Assembly: GCA_964016885.1 (NCBI GenBank)
Contig: CAXHJY010001211.1
Coordinates: forward strand, 1 to 64,000
DNA: 64,000 nucleotides
Direction of reading: 5' to 3'
DNA from: Eledone cirrhosa
Taxonomy: Eukaryota
Part shown: in pieces, positions 37,618-51,200 of the stretch
Layout: the number at the start of each line of letters is the position of its first letter
Numbering within the stretch: the first letter of the stretch is position 1
Translations under genes and position numbers: made by a program
The notes under the pieces: model-generated
What the model saw: only the letters and a program-made list of their open reading frames with translations
Databases searched by the model: none
What the model was told of the DNA's origin: nothing

Positions 37618-38859
37618 TTAATATCTTTTTAAGGCAACGCTTGTAATAACTCTAGTTAAACATGATATATATTAATAATAAATTGTTGTAATGTAATTAG
37701 ATTATATAATTATTTTATAAATGATCTTATAAATATTATTGTAAGATGTATAAAACTATTTTCAGACTTTTAATATAAACAACTACAAAAAACAATCAAT
37801 ATTAAATAAATATATTTTTTATAATAATTGTTATAGTTGAATTAATAAAAATTAAATATTACATACAAATAGTCTAACATAATAATAATAAAATAATCTA
37901 ACATAAAACGAACAATAATATGGACAAATATACAAGTAAATATGATAAACCAATATTATAAGCATGTTATAACGAACTGAAAAAAAAATAGTTAATATAA
38001 ATTTTAAAAAATCATAACTTACCAAAACTAGAAAAATATTTTGATGATAAACGACGAAATACAGGAGGAAGATTCGAAAGCGAAACGATAAATAAACGTG
38101 AAAACAAAGTGACGGATGCTTTTGAGCAACAATTACTCTCATTGGTTGATTAGCCAATAAGACGATGAAATTAGCCAATAAGACGATACATTACAAAACA
38201 TGTTTGGGAGGGATCACCATGGCCAGCGACACCCCTTGAATATTTTATTCACAAGCTACGCATATATGTCAGAACACGCAGACTTAAAACATTCTGTTGT
38301 TAGTCACTGCGTGTCTAACAGATTCATTCATTTTTTATTCAAAGTAATCCAACTTATTTTACAAACGAGATAAAGAAATATATTCTGGATGCCATCCCGC
38401 ACTCCTTACTTTATTATAGTTTAGATTGCAGTATCTTACTAGAAACTGGACACACTCCGTAATGAATATTATTGTTCTGCCAATGTTCATTTTGTAACAA
38501 ATGATACTATACATTAAGAAAAAACTATTGTAAAACCTGACAACAGATTCAAACGACCTTTGGGCTATTTTTGTCCAAAACTTTCTAGAATTCCTTTCCT
38601 TCACTTGTGTTTCCCGCAGTCGTTAACTTGCAACCTTTTAAGATCTCATCAGTCTTGGAGGGACAGAGAACACCCTGGACGCAACTTCTTCAGATTAAAC
38701 CAATAAAAAATAAAACATTTTTAGAAAATGAAAAACTTACACATCTCACAATAAATTCATATTCTGTCGTAGGTTAACTGAAAACTGCTTTTACCGAATG
38801 GCATCTAATTACAATAAAAAAAAATCGTGCGAATACAATCAGCCGAAATTGGGTTCCTC

Positions 38860-39200
38860 TGAAGGGTCTTTGGAGTAATGCTACTCAATAGAGTGTGTAG
38901 CTCAGAGATGAGAGAGTCACTCCAGATAGAGCTGTTACTTCTCAGAATTGAGAGATCACAGCTCCGATACTATGGACATGTGGTTAGAATGTCTTTTGAA
39001 TGAGTCGCTGGACACATTTTACGGGGAAAATCAACTGGCAGGAGACCCAGGGGTAGACCCCGAGCAAGATGGTTGGATAAAATCCATGATCGCAGCTGGA
39101 TCAGTTGAAGACGGTTGCGTCAGATAGGATCCGATGGAGGGAGTGTTTGAGGACTCTGTCTCCATGACCCTTCCAAAATTAAGTGGGCAACAAAGAAGAA
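38860..39200 (+). mobile_element. Decayed 3' end of an RTE-clade LINE
   Basis: Translates as IERSQLRYYGHVVRM and GRRPRGRPRARWLDKI; GAA-rich tail. Confidence 0.8.
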
Positions 39201-39227
39201 AACTTGAATTATCAAGCATTATTACTG

Positions 39228-39410
39228 ATGGCAGTATCGGTAGAGGGTCGGACGCCATGCTTTCCAGCATAGTTACGTCCCTTTACGATCTGAGTTCAAA
39301 TCCCGCCGAGGTTGACTTTGCCTTTCATCCTTACGGGGTCGATAAAATAAAGTACCAGTAATGCACTGGGTAATTGCTGGCCTTGTGACTGAAATAGAAA
39401 CAATTATTAT
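39228..39410 (+). mobile_element. tRNA-derived SINE, near full length
   Basis: A box TGGCAGTATCGGTAG, B box GAGTTCAAATCCC, family tail ending ATTATTATT. Confidence 0.85.
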
Positions 39411-39679
39411 TGAGAACTGGGCAAGACGAAGTCTTCGGTGATGTCAATATGAACAATAGTCTATAAGTTAGTTGTTGTATAGTTGTGACTAAATAAGAGT
39501 TGGGCAGTTAAATACATTGACCATGGTGGGAGTAAGAAGAGGTATCTGAGTATTCGGCTTTTGAAAGCTTCTCTTCTGGAAACATTCTTTCGAGTGTTTA
39601 TAACTGAGTATAAGATTCTATTGAATGTGTGAATTTTGTAATCAGAGGTGATGAAAGTTCTTCACCACTTTACACATCG

Positions 39680-40798
39680 TCTCTGTTACTACATACTGGT
39701 GAGAGCAGTAGATTGACAGAGTCGATAGAGCATCTGCTCTGTTACTACATACCAGTGAGAGCAGTGGATTGGCAGAGTCGATAGAGCATCTGCTCTGTTA
39801 CTACATACCAGTGAGGGCAGTGGATTGGCAGAGTCGAGAGAGCATCTGCTCTGTTACTACATACCAGTGAGGGCAGTGGATTGGCAGAGTCGAGAGAGCG
39901 TCTTCTCTGTTACTACATACCAGTGAGAGCAGTGGATTGGCAGAGTCGATAGAGCGTCTGCTCTGTTACTACATACCAGTGAGGGCAGTGGATTGGCAGA
40001 GTCGATAGAGCGTCTGCTCTGTTACTACATACCAGTGAGAGCAGTGGATTGGCAGAGTCGATAGAGCATCTGCTCTGTTACTACATACCAGTGAGAGCAG
40101 TGGATTGGCAGAGTCGATAGAGCGTCTGCTCTGTTACTACATACCAGTGAGGGCAGTGGATTGGCAGAGTCGATAGAGCGTCTGCTCTGTTACTACATAC
40201 CAGTGAGGGCAGTGGATTGGCAGAGTTGATAGAGCATCTGCTCTGTTACTACATACCAGTGAGAGCAGTGGATTGGCAGAGTCGAGAGAGCGTCTTCTCT
40301 GTTACTACATACCAGTGAGGGCAGTGGATTGGCAGAGTCGATAGAGCGTCTGCTCTGTTACTACATACCAGTGAGGGCAGTGGATTGGCAGAGTCGATAG
40401 AGCGTCTGCTCTGTTACTACATACCAGTGAGGGCAGTGGATTGGCAGAGTTGATAGAGCATCTGCTCTGTTACTACATACCAGTGAGAGCAGTGGATTGG
40501 CAGAGTCGAGAGAGCGTCTTCTCTGTTACTACATACCAGTGAGGGCAGTGGATTGGCAGAGTCGATAGAGCGTCTGCTCTGTTACTACATACCAGTGAGA
40601 GCAGTGGATTGGCAGAGTCGATTGAGCATCTGCTCTGTTACTACATACCAGTGAGGGCAGTGGATTGGCAGAGTCGAGAGAGCGTCTGCTCTGTTACTAC
40701 ATACCAGTGAGAGCAGTGGGTTGGCAGAGTCGATAGAGCGTCTGCTCTGTTACTACATACCAGTGAGAGCAGTGGGTTGGCAGAGTCGATAGAGCGTC
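39680..40798 (+). repeat. 56-bp minisatellite, ~20 copies, containing a SINE head
   Basis: Unit TGCTCTGTTACTACATACCAGTGAGRGCAGTGGATTGGCAGAGTCGATAGAGCGTC. Confidence 0.97.
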
Positions 40799-41110
40799 TA
40801 ATCAATACTTTCTGGGTTCAAATTCTGCCGGGGTCAACTTCACATTTCAGCCTTTCGAGATCAATAAAGTACAGGTTAAGTCCTGCAGTCAATATTATAA
40901 ACTATACCCCACAATGGTGGTGGGTTGGCAGTATCGGTAGAGCGTCGGACTATGTGCTTTGTGGCATAGAGTTACGGTCCTTTACATGCTGAGTTCAAAT
41001 CCTGCAGAGATTACTTTTGTCTTTCATCCTTACGGGGTCGATAAAAAATAAAGCACCAGTGATACCCCTCCCCCCAAATTGTTGGCCTTGTCCCTAAATC
41101 AGCAACCAAA
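40768..41110 (+). mobile_element. Two adjacent SINE copies (40768-40905 and 40918-41110)
   Basis: A boxes TTGGCAGAGTCGATAG / TTGGCAGTATCGGTAG; B boxes GGGTTCAAATTC / GAGTTCAAATCC; family tail. Confidence 0.8.
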
Positions 41111-41789
41111 ATCATAAACTTCCCCCTTTCCACGTTACTGGTCTTGTGCCTAAATTTGAAACACATACCACATACCAGTTCCCTCAGACACAGAATATGA
41201 TGTTTAATTCCGACCAGCCATGATCAAGCAAAGCTACAATCACATTTATTCCAGTGGTAAACATCATATTTGCAGACATAATGTATCCAGGACTACATTA
41301 TCCAATATCCTATTAGTTTTTCAAGGCGAAAGGGTGTAGTTTGAGGGATATTTTGCAGTTATTTCTAGCTGCTTGGGCTACCACATAGAAGGTTCCTCCT
41401 TGGTTTATATACAGATGAATATTGGCAGGTAGGTGACATTTTCCAAGGTGAGTAAAACTGAATTTATTTGTATGAGGAAAGTATTAAATTAAAACGAGTT
41501 GTTCCATGTCATTTGTTTATCCCCGTGGAGTTAATAAAAGAGGTTAACTTTAAATAAAGAATTTAAAACAGGAGATATTGAACAGTAAAACGTTTGAAAT
41601 ATTCCAAGATATTGTCTGAGGTGGTTTGAGTGTGTATCAAAACATAACAGACAGGTGGGATCCCCTCTTATTAAAACAGGTTAATTGAAAGGTGTAAATA
41701 AAGTGGAGGGGATTAAGATTAGAATCGACCCCATATCAAGATTAGAATCGACCCCATATCAAGGACTCGGCACTAATTAGGGTTTATTT

Positions 41790-42090
41790 TCTCCAGCCGC
41801 AACTTGGTGCAGTCTGCGACTAACCCAGGTTCTGCTGCACGTCGGGTTGAGGAGACCAAACTTCTCAAAAATTGGTCGCTCTCCGACAGGTTTGTGGTCG
41901 TGCCCTTGACAGTAGATTCTTCTGGTCTTCTCGGCCCTAGGGCTACCTCCCTACTCACCACCATAGGCACTAAGCTGACGAGCCGCAGGTGTGAGCTCCG
42001 CGAGTTGGAATGGCTTTTCCAGCGCGTCTCCCTTGCCATCCTCCGGGGAAACACCTTCTCCATCCTGTCCGCCTGGAAACACCTTCTCCA
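41790..42090 (+). pseudogene. C-terminal fragment of a CRE-clade (restriction-like endonuclease) non-LTR retrotransposon
   Basis: GSAARRVEETK..FVVVPLTVDSSGLLGP..WLFQRVSLAILRGN matches the AA..AE..K/F.P.A.ET.G..G/LFQR.S.A.QRGN pattern of CRE-like elements. Confidence 0.75.
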
Positions 42091-42205
42091 TCCTGTCCGT
42101 CGGCGCTGTAGGGAGGGCATCAATATGATTGACTGACTTGTCATTTTATCAGTCAGATGTTTTTAGACTGATTTTCTGTTATTAAATTCTTTGACATTAG
42201 GGATA

Positions 42206-45200
42206 ACTACAACACTGTCTCTGTGGTAGAACTGGAGAGAGAAGGGTTTACTACAACAATGTCCCTGTGTTGTTAGTGAGAGAAGGGTTTACTACCACAC
42301 TGTCCCTGTTGTAGAACTAGGGAGAGAGGGTTTACTACAACACTTTCCCTGTGTTATTAGGGCGAGAAGGGTTTACTACAACACTGTCCCTGTGGTAGAA
42401 CTGGGGTGAGAAGGGTTTACTACAACACTGTCCCTGTGGTAGTAGGGAGAGAAGGGTTTACTACAACACTGTCCCTGTGGTAGTAGGGAGAGAAGGGTTT
42501 ACTACAACACTGTCCCTGCGGTATTGGGGAGAGAAGGGTTTACTACAACACTGTCCCTGTGGTATTGGGGGAAGAAGGGTTTACTACAACACTGTCCCTG
42601 TGGTATTGGGGAGAGAAAGGTTTACTACAACACTGTTCCTATTGTAGAACTGGGGAGAGAAATGTTTACTACAACACTGTTCCTGTGGTATTGGGGAGAG
42701 AAGGGTTTACTACAACACTGTCCACGTAGTATTCGGGAGAGAAGGGTTTACTACAACACTGTCCACGTAGTATTGGGGAGAGAAGGGTTTACTACAACAC
42801 TGTCCCTGTGGTATTGGGGAGAGATGGGTTTATTACACACTGACACTGTGGTAGAACTGGGAAGAGAAAGTTTTACTACAACACTGTCCCTGTAGTAATG
42901 GGGAGAGAAGGGTTTACTACAACACTGTCTTGTGGTAGAACTGGGGAGAGAAGGGTTTACCACCACACAGTACTTGTGTTATTGGGGAGAGAAGGGTTTA
43001 CTACAACATTGTCCTTGTAGTATTGGGGATAGAAGGATTTACTACAACACTATCCCTGTGTTATTGGGGAGAGAAGGGTTTACTACAACACTGTCCCTAT
43101 GGTAGAACTGGGGAGAGAAGGGTTTACTACAACACTGTCCCTGTGGTAGTGGGGAGAGAAGGCTTTACTACAACACTGTCCCTGTATTATTGGGGAGAGA
43201 AGGTTTTACTAGAACACCGTCCCTGTGTTATTGGGGAGAGAAGGGTTTACTACAACACTGTCCCTGTGGTATTGGGGAGAGAAGGGTTTACTACAACACT
43301 GTCCCTGTGGTATTGGGGAGAGAAGGGTTTACTACAACACTGTCCCTGTGGTATTGGGGAGAGAGGGGTTTACTACAACACTGTCGCCCTGGTAGAACTG
43401 GGAAGAGAATGGTTTACTACAACACTGTTCCTGTGGTAGAACTGGGAAGAGAAAGGTTTGCTACAACACTGTCCCTGTGAGAGAACTGGGGAGAGAAGGG
43501 TTTACCACCACACAGTCCCTGTGTTAATGGGGAGAGAAGGGTTTAGTACAACATTGTTCTTGTAGTATTGGGGAGAGAAGGATTTACTACAACATTGTTT
43601 GTGGTAGAACTGGGGAGAGAAGGGTTTACTACAACACTGTCCCTGTGGTATTAGGTAGAGGAGGGTTTACTACAACATTGTCCCTGTGGTAGAACTGGGG
43701 AGGGAAGGGATTACAACCACACAGTCCCTGTTTTATTGGGGAGAGAAGGGTTTACTACAACACTGTCCCTGTGGGAGAACTGGGGAGAGAAGGGTTTACC
43801 ACCACGCAGTCCCTGTGTTAGTGGGGAGAGAAGGGTTTACTACAACATTGTCCTTGTAGTATTGGGGAGAGAAGGATTTACTACAACATTGTTTGTGGTA
43901 GAACTGGGGAGAGAAGGGTTTACTACAACACTGTCCCTGTTTTATTGGGGAGAGAGGGGTTTACTACAACACTGTCCCTGTTTTATTGGGGAGATAAGGG
44001 TTTACTACAACAGTGTCCTTGTGGTATAATTTGGGATAGAAGTGTTTACTACAACACTGTCCCTATCGTAGAACTGGGGAGAGAAGGGTTTACCACAACA
44101 CTGTCCCTGGGGTAAAACTGGCGAGAGAATGGTTTACCACCATACTGTCCCTGTGTTATTGGGGAGAGAAGGGTTTACTACCACACTGTCCCTGTTGTAG
44201 AACTAGGGAGAGAGGGTTTACTAGAACACTTTCCCTGTGGTAGAACTGGGGTGAGAAGGGTTTACTACAACACTGTCCCTGTGGTAGAACTGGGGTGAGA
44301 AGGGTTTACTACAACACTGTCCCTGTGGTAGTGGGGAGAGAAGGCTTTACTACAACACTGTCCCTGTGGTAGTGGGGAGAGAAGGCTTTACTACAACACT
44401 GTCCCTGTGGTATTAGGGAGAGAAGGGTTTACTACAACACTGTCCCTGTGGTATTAGGGAGAGGAGGGTTTACTACAACACTGTTCCTATGGTAGACTGG
44501 GGAGAGAAACGTTTACTACAACACTGTCCCTGTGGTATTGGGAGAGGAGGGTATACTACAACACTGTTCCTATGGTAGAACTGGGGAGAGAAAGGTTTAC
44601 TAAAACACTGTCCCTGTGGTATTGGGGAGAGATGGGTTTATTACACCCTGACCCTGTGGTAGAACTGGGAAGAGAAAGTTTTACTACAACACTGTCCCTG
44701 TGGTATTGGGAGAGAAGGGTTTACTACAACACCGTCCCTGTAGTAATGGGGTGAGAAGGATTTACTACAACACCGTCTTGTGGTAGAACTGGGGAGAGAA
44801 GGGTTTACCACCACACAGTACCTGTGTTATTGGGGAGAGAAGGGTTTACTACAACATTGTCCTTGTGGTATTGGGGAGAGAAGGATTTACTACAACACTA
44901 TCCCTATGGTAGAACTGGGGAGAGAAGGGTTTACTATAACACTGTCCCTGTATTAATGGGGAGAGAAGGTTTTACCAGAACACTGTCCCTGTGGTATTGG
45001 GGAGAAAAGGGTTTACCACCACACAGTCATTGTGTTAGTGGGGAGAGAAGGGTTTACTACAACATTGTCCTTGAAGTATTGGGGAGAGAAGGATTTACTA
45101 CAACATTGTCCCTGTGTTAGTGGGGAGAGAAGGGTTTACTACAACACTGTCCCTGTGGTATTAGTTAGAGGAGGGTTTACTACAACATTGTCCCTGTGGT

Positions 45201-48200
45201 AGAACTGGGGAGAGAAGGGTTTACCACCACACAGTCCCTGTGTTAATGGGGAGAGAAGAGTTTACTACAACACCGTCCCTGTGGTATTGGGGAGAGAAGG
45301 GTTTACTACAACACTGTCCCTGTGGTAGAACTGGGGAGAGAAGGGTTTACTACAACACGGTCCCTGTGGTATTGGGTAGAGGAGGGTTTACTACAACACT
45401 GTCCCTGTGGTATTGGGTAGAGGAGTGTTTACTACAACACCGTCCCTGTTTTATTGGGGAGAGAGGGGTTTACTACAACACTGTCCCTGTTTTATTAGGG
45501 AGTGAAGGGTTTACTACAACAGTGTCCTTGTGGTATAATTTGGGATAGAAGTGTTTACTACAACACTGTCCCTATCGTAGAACTGGGGAGAGAATGGTTT
45601 ACCACAACACTGTACCTGGGGTAAAACTGGGGAGAGAAGGGTTTACCACCATACTGTCCCTGTGTTATTGGGGAGAGAAGGGTTTACTACAACACTGTCC
45701 CTGTGGTAGAACTGGGGAGAGAAGGGTTTACTACAACACTGTCCCTGTGGTATTGGGTAGAGGAGGGTTTACTACAACACTGTCCCTGTTTTATTGGGGA
45801 GAGAGGGGTTTACTACAACACTGCCCCTGTTTTATTGGGGAGTGAAGGGTTTACTACAACACTGTCCCTATCGTAGAACTGGGGAGAGAAGGGTTTACCA
45901 CAACACTGTACCTGGGGTAAAACTGGGGAGAGAAGGGTTTACCACCATATTGTCCCTGTGTTATTGGGGAGAGAAGGGTTTACTACAACACGGTCCCTGT
46001 GGTATTGGGGAGAGAAAGGTTTACTACAACACTGTCTCTGTGGTATTGGGGAGATAAGGGTTTACTACAACACTCCCTGTGGTATTGGGGAGAGAAGTGT
46101 GTACTACAACATTGTTCCTGTGTTGTTAGTCAGAGAAGGGTTTACCACCACACTGTCCCTGTTGTAGAACTAGGGAGAGAGGGTTTACTACAACACTTTC
46201 CTTGTGTTATTAGGGCGAGAAGGGTTTACTTCAACACTGTTCCTGTGGTAGAACTGGGGAGAGAAGGGTTTACCACCACACAGTACCTGTGTTATTGGGG
46301 AGAGAAGGGTTTACTATAACATTGTTCTTGTGGTATTGGGGATAGAAGGATTTACTACAACACTATCCCTGTGTTATTGGGGAGAGAAAGGTTTACTACA
46401 ACACTGTCCCTATGGTAGAACTGGGGAGAGAAGGGTTTACTAGAACACTGTCCCTGTATTATTGGGGAGAGAAGGTTTTACTAGAACACTGTCCCTGTGT
46501 TATTGGGGAGAGATGGGTTTACTACAACACTGTCCCTGTGGTATTGGGGAGAGAAGGGTTTACTACAACACTGTCCCTGTGGTATTGGGGAGAGAAGGGT
46601 TTACTACAACACTGTCGCCCTGGTAGAACTGGGAAGAGAATGGTTTACTTCAACACTGTCCCTGTGAGAGAACTTGGGAGAGAAGGGTTTACCACCACAC
46701 AATCCCTGTGTTAGTGGGGAGAGAAGGGTTTACTACAACATTGTCCTTGTAGTATTGGGGAGAGAAGGATTTACTACAACATTGTTTGCGGTAGAACTTG
46801 GGAAAGAAGGGTTTACTACAACACTGTCCCTGTTTTATTGGGGAAATAAGGGTTTACTACAACAGTGTCCTTGTGGTATAATTTGGGATAGAAGTGTTTA
46901 CTACAACACTGTCCCAATCGTAGAACTGGGGAGAGAAGGGTTTACCACAACACTGACCCTGAGTAAAACTTGGGAGAGAAGGGTTTACCACCATACTGTC
47001 CTTGTTATTGGGGAGAGAAGGGTTTATTACAACACTGTCCCTGTATTATTGGGTAGAGAAGGTTTTACTAGAACACTGTCCCTGTGTTATTGGGGAGAGA
47101 AGGGTTTATTACAACACTGTCCCTCTGGTATTGGGGACAGAAGGGTTTACTACAACACTGTCCCTGTGGTATTGGGCAGATAGGGGTTTACTACAACACT
47201 GTCGTCCTGGTAGAACTGGGAAGAGAATGGTTTACTACAACATTGTCCCTGTGGTAGAACTGGGAAGGAAAGGTTTACTACAACACTGTCCCTGTATTAT
47301 TGGGGAGCGAATGTTTTACTAGAACACTGTCCCTGTGTTATTGGGGAGAGAAGGGTTTACTACAACACTGTCTCTGTGGTATTGGGGAGATAAGGGTTTA
47401 CTACAACACTCCCTGTGGTATTGGAGAGAGAAGGGTTTACTACAACGCTGTCTCTGTGGTATTGGGGAGATAAGGGTTTACTACAACACTGTCCCTGTGG
47501 TATTGGAGAGAGAGGGTTTACTACAACACTGTTCCTGTGTTGTTATTGAGAGAAGGGTTTACTACCACACTGTCCCTGTTTTAGAACTAGGGAGAGAGGG
47601 TTTACTACAACACTTTCCCTGTATTATTAGGGCGAGAAGGGTTTACTTCAACACTGTTCCTGTGGTAGAACTGGGGAGAGAAGGGTTTACTACAACACTG
47701 TCCCTATCGTAGAACTGGGGAGAGAAGCGTTTACTACAACACTGTCCCTATCGTAGAACTGGGGAGAGAAGGGTTTACCACAACACTGTCCCTGGGGTAA
47801 AACTGGCGAGAGAAGGGTTTACCACCATACTGTCCCTGTGTTATTGGGGAGAGAAGCGTTTACTACCACACTGTCCCTGTTGTAGAACTAGGGAGAGAGG
47901 GTTTACTAGAACACTTTCCCTGTGTTATTAGGGCGAGAAGGGTTTACTACAACACTGTCCCTGTGGTAGAACTGGGGTGAGAAGGGTTTACTACAACACT
48001 GTCCCTGTGGTAGTGGGGAGAGAAGGCTTTACTACAACACTGTCCCTGTGGTAGTGGGGAGAGAAGGGTTTACTACAACACTGTCCCTATGGTAGAACTG
48101 GGGAGAGAAGGGTTTACTACAACACTGTCCCTGTGGTAGTGGGGAGAGAAGGCTTTACTACAACACTGTCCCTGTATTATTGGGGAGAGAAGGTTTTACT

Positions 48201-51200
48201 AGAACACCGTCCCTGTGTTATTGGGGAGAGAAGGGTTTACTACAACACTGTCCCTGTGGTATTGGGGAGAGAAGGGTTTACTACAACACTGTCCCTGTGG
48301 TATTGGGGAGAGAAGGGTTTACTACAACACTGTCCCTGTGGTATTGGGGAGAGAGGGGTTTACTACAACACTGTCGCCCTGGTAGAACTGGGAAGAGAAT
48401 GGTTTACTACAACACTGTTCCTGTGGTAGAACTGGGAAGAGAAAGGTTTGCTACAACACTGTCCCTGTGAGAGAACTGGGGAGAGAAGGGTTTACCACCA
48501 CACAGTCCCTGTGTTAATGGGGAGAGAAGGGTTTAGTACAACATTGTTCTTGTAGTATTGGGGAGAGAAGGATTTACTACAACATTGTTTGTGGTAGAAC
48601 TGGGGAGAGAAGGGTTTACTACAACACTGTCCCTGTGGTATTAGGTAGAGGAGGGTTTACTACAACATTGTCCCTGTGGTAGAACTGGGGAGGGAAGGGA
48701 TTACAACCACACAGTCCCTGTTTTATTGGGGAGAGAAGGGTTTACTACAACACTGTCCCTGTGGGAGAACTGGGGAGAGAAGGGTTTACCACCACGCAGT
48801 CCCTGTGTTAGTGGGGAGAGAAGGGTTTACTACAACATTGTCCTTGTAGTATTGGGGAGAGAAGGATTTACTACAACATTGTTTGTGGTAGAACTGGGGA
48901 GAGAAGGGTTTACTACAACACTGTCCCTGTTTTATTGGGGAGAGAGGGGTTTACTACAACACTGTCCCTGTTTTATTGGGGAGATAAGGGTTTACTACAA
49001 CAGTGTCCTTGTGGTATAATTTGGGATAGAAGTGTTTACTACAACACTGTCCCTATCGTAGAACTGGGGAGAGAAGGGTTTACCACAACACTGTCCCTGG
49101 GGTAAAACTGGCGAGAGAATGGTTTACCACCATACTGTCCCTGTGTTATTGGGGAGAGAAGGGTTTACTACCACACTGTCCCTGTTGTAGAACTAGGGAG
49201 AGAGGGTTTACTAGAACACTTTCCCTGTGGTAGAACTGGGGTGAGAAGGGTTTACTACAACACTGTCCCTGTGGTAGAACTGGGGTGAGAAGGGTTTACT
49301 ACAACACTGTCCCTGTGGTAGTGGGGAGAGAAGGCTTTACTACAACACTGTCCCTGTGGTAGTGGGGAGAGAAGGCTTTACTACAACACTGTCCCTGTGG
49401 TATTAGGGAGAGAAGGGTTTACTACAACACTGTCCCTGTGGTATTAGGGAGAGGAGGGTTTACTACAACACTGTTCCTATGGTAGACTGGGGAGAGAAAC
49501 GTTTACTACAACACTGTCCCTGTGGTATTGGGAGAGGAGGGTATACTACAACACTGTTCCTATGGTAGAACTGGGGAGAGAAAGGTTTACTAAAACACTG
49601 TCCCTGTGGTATTGGGGAGAGATGGGTTTATTACACCCTGACCCTGTGGTAGAACTGGGAAGAGAAAGTTTTACTACAACACTGTCCCTGTGGTATTGGG
49701 AGAGAAGGGTTTACTACAACACCGTCCCTGTAGTAATGGGGTGAGAAGGATTTACTACAACACCGTCTTGTGGTAGAACTGGGGAGAGAAGGGTTTACCA
49801 CCACACAGTACCTGTGTTATTGGGGAGAGAAGGGTTTACTACAACATTGTCCTTGTGGTATTGGGGAGAGAAGGATTTACTACAACACTATCCCTATGGT
49901 AGAACTGGGGAGAGAAGGGTTTACTATAACACTGTCCCTGTATTAATGGGGAGAGAAGGTTTTACCAGAACACTGTCCCTGTGGTATTGGGGAGAAAAGG
50001 GTTTACCACCACACAGTCATTGTGTTAGTGGGGAGAGAAGGGTTTACTACAACATTGTCCTTGAAGTATTGGGGAGAGAAGGATTTACTACAACATTGTC
50101 CCTGTGTTAGTGGGGAGAGAAGGGTTTACTACAACACTGTCCCTGTGGTATTAGTTAGAGGAGGGTTTACTACAACATTGTCCCTGTGGTAGAACTGGGG
50201 AGAGAAGGGTTTACCACCACACAGTCCCTGTGTTAATGGGGAGAGAAGAGTTTACTACAACACCGTCCCTGTGGTATTGGGGAGAGAAGGGTTTACTACA
50301 ACACTGTCCCTGTGGTAGAACTGGGGAGAGAAGGGTTTACTACAACACGGTCCCTGTGGTATTGGGTAGAGGAGGGTTTACTACAACACTGTCCCTGTGG
50401 TATTGGGTAGAGGAGTGTTTACTACAACACCGTCCCTGTTTTATTGGGGAGAGAGGGGTTTACTACAACACTGTCCCTGTTTTATTAGGGAGTGAAGGGT
50501 TTACTACAACAGTGTCCTTGTGGTATAATTTGGGATAGAAGTGTTTACTACAACACTGTCCCTATCGTAGAACTGGGGAGAGAATGGTTTACCACAACAC
50601 TGTACCTGGGGTAAAACTGGGGAGAGAAGGGTTTACCACCATACTGTCCCTGTGTTATTGGGGAGAGAAGGGTTTACTACAACACTGTCCCTGTGGTAGA
50701 ACTGGGGAGAGAAGGGTTTACTACAACACTGTCCCTGTGGTATTGGGTAGAGGAGGGTTTACTACAACACTGTCCCTGTTTTATTGGGGAGAGAGGGGTT
50801 TACTACAACACTGCCCCTGTTTTATTGGGGAGTGAAGGGTTTACTACAACACTGTCCCTATCGTAGAACTGGGGAGAGAAGGGTTTACCACAACACTGTA
50901 CCTGGGGTAAAACTGGGGAGAGAAGGGTTTACCACCATATTGTCCCTGTGTTATTGGGGAGAGAAGGGTTTACTACAACACGGTCCCTGTGGTATTGGGG
51001 AGAGAAAGGTTTACTACAACACTGTCTCTGTGGTATTGGGGAGATAAGGGTTTACTACAACACTCCCTGTGGTATTGGGGAGAGAAGTGTGTACTACAAC
51101 ATTGTTCCTGTGTTGTTAGTCAGAGAAGGGTTTACCACCACACTGTCCCTGTTGTAGAACTAGGGAGAGAGGGTTTACTACAACACTTTCCTTGTGTTAT

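Noticed and set aside
39228-39310. tRNA gene
   Set aside because: A and B boxes are present but there is no cloverleaf; it continues into the dispersed SINE tail
39680-40798. CRISPR-like array
   Set aside because: The whole 56-bp unit is repeated; no variable spacers
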